This document shows, in pieces, positions 24,101 through 36,934 of a stretch of DNA of 64,000 bases. How positions within the stretch are numbered: the first letter of the stretch is position 1; each line of letters begins with the position of its first letter. A program made the position numbers and the translations under genes. Under the pieces are notes generated by a model that saw nothing but the letters and a program-made list of their open reading frames with translations, had not been told where the DNA came from and did no database searches. Origin of the DNA: Marsupella aquatica (Eukaryota; Plantae; Marchantiophyta). The stretch covers positions 5,488,476 through 5,552,475 of the forward strand of contig OZ316892.1 of assembly GCA_973895155.1 (NCBI GenBank). Reading direction: 5' to 3'.

Positions 24101-27100
24101 GGTAAGAGGCTACCGACACGATGATATAATGCTCCTTGGATACGAAAGGAGTACGGGCCACAATTTCCGCCCCTTTCATCAATTTTAACACCTAGGGACG
24201 TAAATGCTAGTGCATTGTTGTAGCCATGAATGTTTTTCCGGAATGCTACAGCTGCGGCATTGGTACCAATCAGCAAGCCTCAAAGTGGTTCAGGAGGAGC
24301 ACCAAGCAGCGGTAATCCCACTTTCCCGTCGGCACAACACATGGTGAAGCACGGGTTGCGTTGTGTTCCTGACTTGCACTCTTCCATCCAATGAAGCGCT
24401 TTGCATTGTGGGCACTCGATGTTCATTCGCCCCAAAACATGTCTACCCATTGCAGGGTCCAAAGGCTGCCTTGCCTTTGGCAACCGTTGGATCTCTTCCA
24501 ATCTTTGATGCTCCCACAACACGTCATCAGGATTGAGTTGAGCTGGGGTAACTGGTGCCAGGTTTGTGCCTCCCATTTCCTCTTGGAGGATATTCTCAAT
24601 CTCGTCCTCCTCATATTCATTTGGCAAATCCAAGGTGCCCTCAATAAATGTGTCAAATTGACCTCCTCCATCATCGAGGATAGGATTTTCCCCCTCGTGC
24701 AGAGCATCGTCAATGAGCCAATCTTCATCAAAGATGTCATGGTTATTTGACCGTTCATTGTTTGGTATGGATTCATAGGGCATGGGGACGGCCAAAGGGG
24801 CAACCCCATCTTGTAAAGCGCCATCAATAAGCCATCCCTCGTCAAAGACATCTACATGTTGTGGCACAATGTTGGTCATGGGCTCGCATGGTGGGGGGAT
24901 GGCAAATTCCTCTGGCTCAGGCTGGTCAACCCTACATGCATCCAAGGCACCATCAATGAGCCATCCTTCATCGAACATGGGAGGGTCAGATGCAACGCTC
25001 ACGAGCATCACTGCATGGCTGGATATTGCACTTGGGGCAACCTCTCGACTGTTATTGATAGCAATGGATCTGGCCAAGGCTTGTTGAGTAGCCCTAGCTT
25101 CACGACGAAGCTCCCTTCCACTATTTGCGCGGCCAGATGCCAGAGTTGATTCCCCGGTTGATTCTAAACTTGCCCCCGCAAGGGAGAGCAACGGTCTCGC
25201 CAACGGTGATGTTGGAGTTTGTCGTGGTGCCCTTTCTTCGCGCCGTAGTTGTCGACCACTAACTCTGTGGGCAGGTGGCACACTTGGCACCACACCTGAA
25301 CCACTTGGTTGTGGTGCCAAGAGTGCCACACTTGGTTCCAGCACCGGGGAACCCATAGTTGGTGTGGCACTTGGTTGTGGCACTGCACAGACTCGAGCCC
25401 CCTCTTGCAATCGTCGTTGAGCATATTGTTGCCGACGCCTTGCATTTATTGCTTCCTTATTTTGGGTATGACGCTCACAATCAGCTTCCAGCCTCTCCCT
25501 TGGGGTTCTCATGGTGCAAAAACTCTCAAAACCCGTCCATCATCTGCATCCAACCCACAAAACAAATGATAAGTTTTTACGCACCCCCAATTCAAGCTCG
25601 ACAGACCCCTAAGTATCTTGAACGCCGGTTGGGCCACACCTTTGCAAGAGACCCGAGACATGTGAGGAGACCCAATATCCGTCGAGGATACTGCTTACCA
25701 CAATCCCTCGTCTCACCCCCCCAACCTTGGTGGCGATCATCCTCCTTCTAGAATGTCACTTGCCCCTACGGTATCCACTTTTGGAGCCTCGACCACCCTT
25801 CATTCCAGTGGTCACCCATCCTGAATCGCAACTAACATAGTGTTAGATTTTATTATGGGTCACCCCATGGGGTGTGGCCACCATCAAACTCCCCTGGTTG
25901 CCCATTGCACATAGCATCGCAAGTACCCACCATCCACTCCCCTGGTCACCCATCCCGCATCACATTTCCAAAAAGTATTCAAATTGCTATGAGGGCCACC
26001 CATAGGCTGTGGGCACCAATCCCATCGTCATCCAAAGTCCCGTCGTCATCCAAAATTGCCTCGCGATTAGTAGTCCCCTCATATATGCATCTGGGGTCCT
26101 GCCACCCCCGGACCACGTTTGGCAGACATTTTTTGGCCCCCAACCCCCAAACTACTCGGACCAAACGGAGCGGGGAAGAGCGCACGGCTAGGAAGGAGGG
26201 ACGGCAGGGGTTGGCAGGGAATGTTGGGCCCTCTTGCCTGGGTCCAGGCGTGCTCAAGAGGGGAGCGAGGCAGCCACGGCACAATGGCAGCATGAGGGGG
26301 CGAGCGAGGGGCAGGCAGGGTCAGCAAGTATGGCAGTGGCAGGAGGCCCTGGCAAGGCGAGGGCACAACATGACGGCAAGGCAGGGCAGGCGAGCCTGGT
26401 CCAGGCGCACGGGGAGTGAAGCTGCGGCAAGAGCCAGCCATGGCGAGGCAGAGCCACAAAGCAGCAGGGGGCGGCAGGAGGGGGCAGGCCGCGAATGAGG
26501 GGCGCACGTAGGAGGAGGGGGGAGGAGGGGGCAGGCCGCAAGGCATCCTCCCAGCAGCAGGGGCGAGCAAGGGGAGGCCGTGGCGAGCAAGGAGGGGAGG
26601 CCGCGCCGTGGTCTGCAGGGCAGGCGCGCAGGGGAGGGGAGGCTGTGGTTGCCGCAAGGCAGGGCATGGCAGGCGCGCACGGGAGGGGAGGGGAGAGAGG
26701 TGAGGGGAGGAGGGGCGCTGGCAGGGCAGGGCAGCCACGGCAGGCGAGCCTGGGTCCAGGCGTGGCAGCTGCGGCAGGGCAGGGCATTGGCGTGAAGGAG
26801 GCCGTTGCAGGAGGGCAGGGCAAGCGAGCTCGGCCCTGGCGAGCTGCAGCAGGGGCTGGCAGGGAGACCGCAGGCAGGAAATGGGTGCGCGAGGCAGGGC
26901 CGTGACAGACCGGACGCAGGGCCGTGGCGAGCCTGGCGGCAGCAGCGAAAGGGCCATGGCGATGGAGGGAGGGAAACACAGCAGCAGCAACGTCGGCAGT
27001 GCAAGGGCCGTGGCGAGGCACGAGGGAGGGAGGGGAGGAGACGCACGATGGAGGGAGGGGGGAAACGCGCGAGGGCGCGAGGGGGGAGGGAGGGATGGGG

Positions 27101-27595
27101 AGGAGACGCGCGAAGGAGGGAGGGGGGAAATGCGCGAGGGGGGAGGGAGGGAGGGGCGCAATGGGAGGGAGGAGGGTGGGCGCGAGGGAGGGGGGAGCCC
27201 CGATGGCAGCCCAAGGGATGGCCCCAAGGGAGGCTGGCAGCAGCCGATCGTGAGCCAATGGCCGAGGGTGAGCGCGAGGAGGAGGAGGCAGTGCAAGGCA
27301 GGAAGAACGGCACGGCAGGGCAGGACGGGCGTGCGGGGCTGCCAGGGTTTGTACTCCTTGCCTGGACTGAGGCAAGGGTAGACTCACTCATGAGGGGGTT
27401 AGGGGAAGCGAGGCAGCAAGGAAGACCGTTGCAAGACGGCGACATACCTCATCTGGCGAGCGAGGCAGACAAACCAATGAACGGCCCTTAAAAGACGTTA
27501 AAAAATCCAACGGCCATGGATGACTCCCGCCCTGAGCTCATTTCGTAAACGGACGAAAGCCCAAATTTGGCGGCATCCAGTATTATAGTGTTAGA
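21125..27595 (-). mobile_element. Helitron (autonomous type, 3'-truncated)
   Basis: 5' terminus A|TCTAACACTATAATA at 27595; RepHel coding region; no 3' hairpin/CTRR end found. Confidence 0.9.
21127..25512 (-). pseudogene. Helitron Rep/Pif1 helicase (RepHel) with stops, one intron (23940-24031), truncated after helicase motif III
   Basis: CPQC..CC zinc motif, YNNALAFTSLG, FTTFTCNP.W.EI, IEFQKRGLPHAHIL (HUH), KYLYKYCYKG (Y2), GPGGTGKT, WDEAPM, GDFRQVLP. Confidence 0.95.
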
Positions 27596-30089
27596 TACAA
27601 ATCTTTCCTTCTCCACTTCCTGGTGAAATGACACAAAGAAAAATAATAGGAATACACAATTGATACCAAATACAACACCTAATTTATAAGTATATATTAG
27701 ATGGGTCCCACATCTTTTCCCTCCTAGACCTTTGAGGCATTTGCCAGTTTGAATCACAAACTACAGAAAAGAAATCACCTACGTACTGTTGGGATTTAAG
27801 GTGATCCCCAATCCTTTTTATTTTGAGGTTTAGGAGAGTGAGTGGGACCATGCTTAATTTGCCAATACCAAGAAGGTGCCCAACTGGGTAGAATAATATT
27901 CATTCCAAAACCTTATATAGTATAGTATTGTAACATGCATAAGAAGATTGAATGAATTAGTGGTTCCCGTCTTTGTATTTGCCACCTCCTTTGCTGGATA
28001 TTCCATGCAATTTATGTAAATAGAACAATTACCATGGTGTCTCAATTTAGACTTAAATCCATGCAGTCAATTAACTTACCAAGTTCAAGTAATTGGTGGC
28101 TAATCCTGAACTAATACACAACAAAAGCCCAACTAGACCAAAAGTTGCAAATGAATCTGAAACCTTCCCACTCCTTGCCCACCCTAATCGTCCATTTAGT
28201 TTTAGTTTTTTTCTCTTGTCCCTAAATCCTAACTCACTTTTCCAGTTTGTGTTACTTTCATTTCAATTTCTTTCATCTGATTTGTTTGATGCGGGTCATA
28301 AATGGTTTTTGAGATATATCCATTTTTCTTAAAAATTATTTTGGACAACATAGGTCCCAAGCTAGGTTACACCAACATAATAAATCTCAGCCCAAACAGG
28401 TTTGCAATAATGAACTTGTGGTTAAAATTCTCTTTTGATGCATGTTAGGCCCAGATCTTAGGATGCTATTGTTAGTATTTGAGTAACATGAAAATTCGGT
28501 TGTGGACGGGCCCTGCCTTTTATGGTTGTGAGTAAACTAGTAATGTTCTCTCACATGGGTTGTTGGAGCTCATTTTCACCATTTGTGTTTGTGATGGAAC
28601 TAAGAGTTAACATGGTGCAAGCATGTGCTAGAAAATTTAAAAAGAGAATCCTCACAGGTCTGTAACAATATCATGAAAACTTAAAAAGAACAATTGATTA
28701 CATAAAGTAGGCCATTGGTCTAATGAGCACATTGTCACCTTAATGATCAACATTTGATCTCATTTGTAGATCTAAGAAATCTGACAAACATGAATATTTT
28801 TTGTGACCGTTAAGTTGTGCAACCATCATCAACCATCCTCTTTGTTACCCAATGATTGATGGAATACATATATCAATCAGTTTATCAAATAATCAGATCT
28901 AATGTCTAGAGTAAGTAGATGTTGTTTTAATTTTGAAGTAATATTAAATATGCAAAGATAGTTTATCATAATTTAAAAACTAAGAAAAGAAAATGTTTTG
29001 CCCCCAGGCATTCTTTGTTATTCAACATGTTAATTTTCAGTTTCTTAAGTTTTTATTATTCTCGGGTTTAATGATATTTGCTAGTGTCATGATAAACAAG
29101 AAACAAAAGCCCGGATGGACCAAGACTGCGTAAAGCGAGATATCATGGCTTTAACAGTGAAAAGAAAAACCGGTCGCAGATTGCAGTTGACGACTTTGAC
29201 TAATTTGGGGAGAAAACTAGTAGTCAAGACGACATGGTGATCCTAAATAATGGCATGACGTCTTGATGTCTTTCAGGTTCAAGGTCGTCAAGTTATCAAG
29301 GAAACCAACTCGGTAATGTACGTAATTGAAATCTTTTGCAAATGATAAGGAGACCGTTTACAGGTCACATTTCAATAAATAAAGTGTACCCGATGTTATC
29401 TGATTCAGTTAAATGTTCTGAGCAAGTCCATCCAAGCTTTGCGAGTCCATATGGACTTCATAGACAAAGTGAAGATCCATCCTAGCTTTAGTTTGTGATA
29501 AACAAAGTAGTAGTGTGTTGTTTCTGTTGTACTAGAAACACTAACATGGGGTAACCATAGTCTAGGATTTTTTTAATAAATTGGTCATGGGGTCGAGAAT
29601 AAGATAAATCATTTCCAAATTAAGACTCAATCTTCAATAAAGCTTCCAACAAAATGTGATAATTATTCCTTGGAACCTAATTTGTATCAAACGTTATGAT
29701 CCAAAATTGTTTTACACTTGCATTTCAATTCCAGGGCAGTGCCATAAATTTTGCAATTTTGCAATCCTGCAGTTCCAATTCTTTTCGCCATAATTTTAAT
29801 TCATGGTAACTATGAAAGAACAATTGAGATTCTCATTCATAAACTAGACAGTATGTGTAATAGTGACCCAGCAAAGTGAGAGTGTTCCGTTTTATGTTAC
29901 GAAACTTGCGTGTGTTCCCAGCGAGCTTCCTTGCAAATATTCCACGGTGATAGTCAGGACTGGGGAACAGATAAATAGGATTGTCGATCTGTGATCCCAG
30001 CGTGATCTCTAGCAGTACATGTGCAAAGACTACTGTCAACTCCTTCGGGTGACCCCCCAAGTGACCCACACGGCCTCGAGACTGGCGCA

Positions 30090-31610
30090 GAAGCAGCCTC
30101 TTATAAAAGGGACAGCTAGAAAGAAGAGGGACGGAGATAGTGATCATTACATCCCTGCCCCACCGACAACTGATTGACCAATTAAACCAGGTTGAGTCCT
30201 TCCGTCTTTGTTGGCCAAGAGTCTTTTTCTTCGTGGAAAAGTCTTGTTGAATGTCTTAGTTACATATCATATGGTAGCCCAGTTGCCGAAGTCTTTGAGG
30301 ATGATCCACATAAGTAACTCGATGAAATTTCTGCACAATCCATTAAATAACGCAGTAAAGGACATTGCTGCAATATTTGAGACAAAACTAGGAACAAAAT
30401 ATTCCCTGTACGGCAAGGGCTCTTAATCACAGTACGTATGTGTGCCTGTTCAACCTTAACTTGACTGGCATTGCCTCATGGGCAGGATTCCATGCATTCA
30501 GACGACTCTCGAGTGGGGGCCAATTCCAACCTAGAGATCTAAACATTGGTGATCAGAGCGGACCAGGTCGGTTTCTTTTTATTCTATGGTTATTGTTTGT
30601 TTTAGTGGGGCAAATGTGGGACGACTTAAGACGGAATAATTGCATAACAACATGAGAGTAATTAAAGTTCATCTCAAGTCTCACTGGTTATACTGGAGAG
30701 TGGTGACCAGATCGATTGCATTTTCAAATGCAGGGCCAAGAAAAACCACCTGGAACGTTTAACTCTATCATCGGAGTGCAATGGCCTCCAATCCAGGATA
30801 TGGGCCCTTATTGAAAGGATTATGTGCAAGAGGCTATTTGGAAAGATGATCTATACTTCGGCTACTATTTAATACAAACTGGTTGAGATTCTTTTTGTGT
30901 GTGCTATGCTGCAGAACTTACACTAGATGATGATTGGATGCATGATTGGGAAGTAAGACTTTGCGAGTACAATATCAATCATGGCAAGGGAGATGTTAGT
31001 AGGACTCTGATCAATTATATTAATCTTGATGTTGACCTCACTGGACACCTAACAACACTTCCTGTCATTTGTCATCTATTGAAGGCATTCCTATGGAACT
31101 GCCTGCAATGGAAATTTAAAACGGGAATTTTAGCCTCAAAGATCTGACACACTGTAATCTGTACGTCGCATCATTCCCAAAAACCACAGAGTGAAAAGTG
31201 CTCCTCATCTTATCCTCGCCCATGAAACACAAAATGAGAAAACTGGTCATTCAAATTTTACAGAATATTTCACATGGCCCTACTCGATACCAAAAGCCAC
31301 AGTCGGATATTGAAAGTCATGATTCCCATGGCCCACTTCCGACGTCCAGTCACAAGTCTGATTACTTTGTCATGGGACACAGCAAGCACCAGCACCGAGT
31401 GCCTGCATGCAGGTGATAATTTTACAGACAATTCTGTTCCCTGTGCGATTTGTGGTTGCAACAATGAATCGTGTCATCTGCAATTCAAGACCCAATTCCC
31501 AATTCTACGCGTCTGGCTCGGATTGAGATTAAACTTCATGGACACTCGAAGGGATTGCGTTATAATTGTATGTTATTCCCTGTTTCGCCGAAGCCGGCTA
31601 CCGATACACA
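30090..31610. repeat. Copy 1 of a diverged ~1.5-kb local direct duplication
   Basis: Collinear blocks shared with 34146-35770, e.g. AAAAGGGACAGCTAGAAAGAAGAG, CATGCATTCAGACGACTCTCGAGTGGGG, GCTGCAGAACTTACACTAGATGATGAT. Confidence 0.85.
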
Positions 31611-33419
31611 CTTTTCTGCTTACACCTTATGAGGTTATGTGGGAAGAAGAGAGTGGTCGTGGCTTTGGGCCCTCCTTCATTGGTCGGTGGATCATTTATC
31701 GGTTTGAATGTTGTCCAGTGACACATAAGTTTGGGTGAGCTCCGTCAAGTGAACACATAATTATTTAGCATTTGCATCTTCCAAAACACATATGTCAAGC
31801 TGAGACAAGAGCCGTGGCTGTGTAGCAAGTCACGCCAACCTGGTCAACTGATCTTGTTAACGTGTGACGACCTTTCTATGAATAGCTCAGCATATTATTT
31901 CAACCAGTAGGAGAATATGGAGAATGTGAAAATCAGACAGATCTGAGGGCAAATCTTCAGCAATGGGCGCACCAACGCACCTCATCATCGACCTATCTTG
32001 TAAGTGAAAACCCAGGGCCAGGTAGCCCGCTGGCTATTCTTCAGCTTGTGACGTAGGAACTCTAAGCATCTCTAATGCCACCGTGATTTCCAGCAGGTCC
32101 ATGTGCAAAGAAGCTCGCAAAGGAACTAAATGCCAGTACTCTCAGTCAGCTCCTTTCGGGTGACCCAAAATGACGGTCTAAAGGGCAAGAACTGAGGGAG
32201 AGAAGGCATTTATATATGAAAGATGGTGTGATTGGAAGTAAAAATATGTGATTGTGTACGTAAAAAATGTGATCAAGTATAAAGATGTCATGGTGCCAAA
32301 GATATTGTTCTAAAAATATTGTTATGTTGAAAATGTCATGAAGTAAAAAGTTATTGCGGCGCCAAAGATGATTGTTGTTAAGGAAAAACTATGTTGTTGC
32401 GTCAAATATGTCAATAAGTAAAGGGATATAGTTAGCTAAAGGTGTTGTGGTAGCAGATGTTCACTTGTTAATACAAAATGTCCTCAATAAATAATCTTAA
32501 GAAGTCATTAAGTAAACAATGTAAGTTGTTGTACGTGTGTATCGCTGTGATGTTGTTGCCAAAACATGATGTTCAACAAAGTATGACACATTTCTGCCAA
32601 TTGAAAGAAGATACAATATAGAAAAGTGAAAGAAAAACATGGTCAAGATAAAAGTGATTGAAGTGAATACGCATGATGAGGTCCTAGCCATGTGTAAGTT
32701 TGGTAACCCCACTTCTGGTCAATTTTATTATGCTTTGCTGAAAGTTGCCTTTGTTGGTTACTTGGCTTTGGTCACCTTATTATTGAGACCCCTTGCCTGG
32801 GGCAATGGCACAGCTTGGCCCACTTTTGAACGACCTTTTTTCCTATCCCTTGCATTGTGGAACCCTATTGGTAACCCAAGTTTTTTGGTTACTTTAAGTT
32901 TTTTTACTTAAAGTTGCCATGGTGGCTTAATTACTTGGCTTTGGCACCGCCCCAATGCCAAGACCCCTTGGGGCAACAGCACGGCTCAGGCCACTTTTCA
33001 GGGCACAATTAATTTTCCTACCCCTTAATTTGATAACGACATTCAAGTTATTGCTTCCTTTTTTTCTCATTTCCATTTCTTCCACCCAAAATGACCCTGC
33101 AATTTAGAAAGACGACCAATAGTGTATTATAACTTTTGATACTGGAAGACCTCCAGCATTTAGAGTTCAGGGTCCATGTATTGTACTCACGAGGGAATCG
33201 TTGTGTTCCGGGACCAGGAGCAGCTATAGAAGTGTGTCATCCCAGCTGCCCGTCAGTCTCATACAATAAAAGTATGTTTTGCCTTGAAAGACTTGTCCAG
33301 CCAATCAGCATAATCTCACCTGGCTTGACAGTAGATTGCTTTCCCTCCCTCCCTCTCGCCCCACCTCCTTCTTCCCTCCCCAAAAACAACAACTGAAGAG
33401 ACTTGAACCAATTGGCTAC

Positions 33420-33730
33420 ATGTGGTCAGTTGGGCAGGGGCAAAGACTAGATCCATGAGGTCCCAGGTTCACTCCCCACTCAAGGGGTGTGGAGGGTATG
33501 TGTGGGGTGTGGAGGGTATGTGTGTACCTATGTGTGGTTAAAGTGTAGTGGTGAGAGTATTGGTTTCTCCTACACTAGGCCCCTAGCTAGCCCACTTTGG
33601 GGCCAGATTTAACCCTCTCTCCCTCCTGGTTCAGTTCTCTTGTGACTACCCTACATAAAAATTGCATGCAGGAAGAGTCTATCCTATTATGGATGGGCCT
33701 GCTGTGGCCTTTGAAAGGGAAAACAAAAAG
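33420..33730 (+). mobile_element. tRNA-derived SINE-like element
   Basis: A-box-like TGGTCAGTTGG, B-box-like GGTTCACTCCC, GT-rich body, A-rich tail; homologous to 37589-37885. Confidence 0.65.
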
Positions 33731-34145
33731 AGACTACAAACTATATGCATGTTCATATCATCTTTAGGACGGAATGGGACCTTCCTTTTCTACGGGGTTG
33801 TCAATAGTTGGTCAGTCCATGAGCAGGCCATGCACAGAAATCAATTGGAACACCGCACAAACTTAGTTCACGAATCACGCGTTAGCCACATTGGGAAGGA
33901 AATGGCTAGAGCTAGCTGTGCAAATCACTGGTTTCCATGTTGTAGAGAAAGTTCCCGGAGAGGGGATGATTGATGTTCATAGATTCAAGATGGCGGCACA
34001 CCGAGGGATCAGGGATGGCTCCAGTTCTGTACTCACTGGTCTATCATCATGCGAGGCAAACTTGACGGTTATACTTACTTTCCCAATCCCGAAGCAACGA
34101 ACGTTTGCCATTTGGCCTTGGGCAAGGGGAGGAAAGGAGGCAAGA

Positions 34146-35770
34146 AAGCAGCCTCAGTCTTACAAAAGGGACAGCTAGAAAGAAGAGAGAGGGAGAGAGT
34201 GATCATTGCATCCCCTGCCCCACCGACATGATTGACAAACTAAACCAGATTCACTCCTCCGGTGTTTGTTGGCCAAGTCAGAGTCTTTTCTTCCTGCAAA
34301 AGTCTTGTCGAATCATGTCTTAGTTAGTTACATGTGGCAGCCCAATTGCAGAAGTCTTTTGAGTATTCCACGTAAGTACCCGATCAAATTTCTATTCTGA
34401 CTGCGCAATCCAGTAATAACATATATAGTAAAGGAGGTTTCCGCAATATTTGGGACAAACTAGCAACAAAATATTCCCTGTACGACGAGGGCTCCCAATT
34501 TGAGTATTGGTGTCCATTCACCATCAGCTTGAACATTAATGGCATTGCAGTACGGGCAGGAATCCATGCATTCAGACGACTCTCGAGTGGGGGACAATTC
34601 CAACCTAGAGATGTAAACATTGGTGATCAGAGGGGACAAGGCCGGTTGCCTGCTATGCTAACGTTATTGTGTGATAGAGTGGGGCCAATGTGAGACGACG
34701 TAAGACAGACTTATTTTCTACACAAAATGAGAGAAAAATTCTTTTCAAGTCAGTTTAGACTGGTGAGCGGTGACCAGATCGATTGCCCTTTCAAATGGTA
34801 TGAAGGACCAAGAAAAACCACCTGGAACCTTGAGCTCTATCATCTGGAATACATGCAGTGCCCTCCAATCAAGATTATGTGCCCTTGCCCTTGTTGGAAA
34901 GCTTATGAGCAAGATGCTATCTGAAAGATGTTCCATACCTTACGTACTTGGCATGACTGGCTACTATTTGAAACCAACTGGTTCAGATCGTTTTTTGTGT
35001 CCTGTGCTGCAGAACTTACACTAGATGATGATCTGATGCATAGGAACTAAGACTTTGCGAATCCAATATCAATGGCAAGGGAGATATGGAATTAATTCTG
35101 ATGAAGTTTAATCTTTGTAATGACCTCACTGGACACCTAAGAACTGCCTGCAATGAAAAAATGAAATGGGATTTTAGCCTAAAAGAAATCAATCGCATCA
35201 GTGCCATAAATGTCACCAAAAAACCACAAACAGTGAAAAATGGGTCCCACCATGTCCTCGCCCATTAAGCACACCCACCAAAAAAATTAATTGTTCGTAA
35301 TACTGCAGTAGTTTGACACAAATTGACGCCCAGTCGCCCATACTCGATACTAAAGCACACTTGGATATTGAAAGTCCTGATGCCCATGGCCCACTTCCGA
35401 CTTCCAATCACAAGACTGATTACTTTGTCGTAGGACTACCGTTTCCGACTTCCAGTCACAAGACTGATTACTTTGTCATAGGACTACGGTTTCCGACTTC
35501 CACTCACAAGACTGATTACTTCGTCATTGGACTACCGTTTGCTGGGACACACCAAGCTCTAGCCCCGAGTGCCTGCAGGTGATAGATTCGCTGTTAGTAC
35601 GATTCTTAGTTGCAACGATGAATGATGACCTCTGTCATTCCAGGCACAATCTCCAATCCAACGCGTATGGCACGGATTGAAAATGAAACTTCATCGTCGC
35701 TCGAAGGGATTGCGTTATTGTATGCTTTATTCCCTTTTTCGCCGAAGCCCGCAACCGGTACAAACTTTTC
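34146..35770. repeat. Copy 2 of the diverged ~1.5-kb local duplication
   Basis: Collinear with 30090-31610; carries an extra 48-bp triplication. Confidence 0.85.
35395..35538. repeat. 3 x 48-bp tandem repeat
   Basis: TTCCGACTTCCAxTCACAAGACTGATTACTTTGTCxTAGGACTACxGT units; single copy in the paralogous segment (~31336). Confidence 0.92.
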
Positions 35771-36473
35771 TTCGTCCACGGGCCTGAAGAGAAATCGATC
35801 GACCCATGCATTACGGTTGGTCAAAAGGGGGCACCACTCCCACACAACCTCATGACGCATAAGAGGGCCCGCGGAAGACGAAGTGTGTACCAGCAGCCAG
35901 TTTCCATGCAACCCTTTCGAGACTAATGACTATGCGTTCTCAATCCGAGCCGTACCCGTAGGTATAGGGGACTGCTCTTGGCTCGCAGAATGCGATGCAT
36001 CATTGATATTCTTGCAATTAAAAATGGTACAGCGAAGCGAGTCTATGGTAAAAGTGCCATTAGGGTCCCAGAGTCTTGACTTGCTCGGACCTGAGTTGAT
36101 ACAAGGTGCTCGGCTTGACTATTAGTGCTCGCGGGCCAGGAAGGTACCTCGATCCAACTGTCCTCATCATGGTTTTCAAATGAAGCGAATTACACTCGTC
36201 CGGATAAACGTCCCTGAGGATGTGGTGAGACCCGGCACTTTATAAGCATCTGTCCAACTATCCGTTCAGTCATTCATTCATCCACGATCCACTCCGGATT
36301 GATGACTGGCGCATAATCCCGTACATAATGCAAAGCAGGCAGTACCAATATTGCTTCGAGCAATTTTAGCATGTCGTCTCAAACGAACAAAAACGCTCTT
36401 GAGACTTAGAGAGCTCTCCTCCCTCTCCTCTCCAGTCCTCTCCTCTCCTCTAGGCAAGACCCTGCGTGTAGAT

Positions 36474-36932
36474 ATGGCTTGGAAAGGTCGAGGAGTGCTG
36501 CTGACCTTAGGACTGCTATATGTTACTGTTTCCCTTCAAGTGGGCTTGTGTAGCGCTGCTGATTCAGGGTCATGTACAAATAATGTGCCCTGCGGCTCTG
36601 GCTACTGCTGCAGTCAATCTAACTATTGTGGAACAGGTGGCCTTTACTGCGGAGATGGGTGCAAGAGTGGCCCTTGTTACGGCAATTCTAATGGTTCATT
36701 AGGATTGTGTGTCAATCAGTCCTGTGCTGATAGATTTTGCTGCAGTTCCTATAACTACTGTGGTACGAATTCCAGCTATTGCGGAATTGGGTGCCTGAGT
36801 GGACCGTGCTATAGCAATTCAGGTGGTACAAGTCAGATGAGCAGTGGTGCGGCAATCGCTGGATTTGCGTTAGCCTCTGTGCTCGGGAGTATGACATTGT
36901 TGGGGACACTCTTGTCTAGCCCAGGCGAGTAG
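36474..36932 (+). CDS. Secreted two-domain hevein/CBM18 chitin-binding lectin with hydrophobic C-terminus (putative GPI anchor), 152 aa
   Basis: Signal peptide MAWKGRGVLLTLGLLYVTVSLQVGLCSA; two 8-Cys domains (C..C....CCS...YCG.....C...C.SGPC); Ser/Gly spacer and hydrophobic tail; no catalytic domain; intronless. Confidence 0.88.
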   Translation: MAWKGRGVLLTLGLLYVTVSLQVGLCSAADSGSCTNNVPCGSGYCCSQSNYCGTGGLYCGDGCKSGPCYGNSNGSLGLCVNQSCADRFCCSSYNYCGTNSSYCGIGCLSGPCYSNSGGTSQMSSGAAIAGFALASVLGSMTLLGTLLSSPGE

Positions 36933-36934
36933 GC

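Noticed and set aside
25872-27491. Long overlapping ORFs (up to 405 aa) on both strands
   Set aside because: Artefact of very GC-rich low-complexity DNA lacking stop codons; Pro/Arg/Gly-rich translations with no domain.
32200-32700. AT-rich GATGT-motif tract as the inverse homolog of 63250-63727
   Set aside because: Similarity is mostly compositional; no alignable termini or TSD found.
35395-35538. 48-bp repeats as a CRISPR array
   Set aside because: Head-to-tail units with no unique spacers, no cas genes, eukaryotic context.
36351-36473. N-terminal extension of the lectin ORF
   Set aside because: Begins at TTG and spans a CT-rich 5' UTR; ATG 36474 directly precedes the signal peptide.
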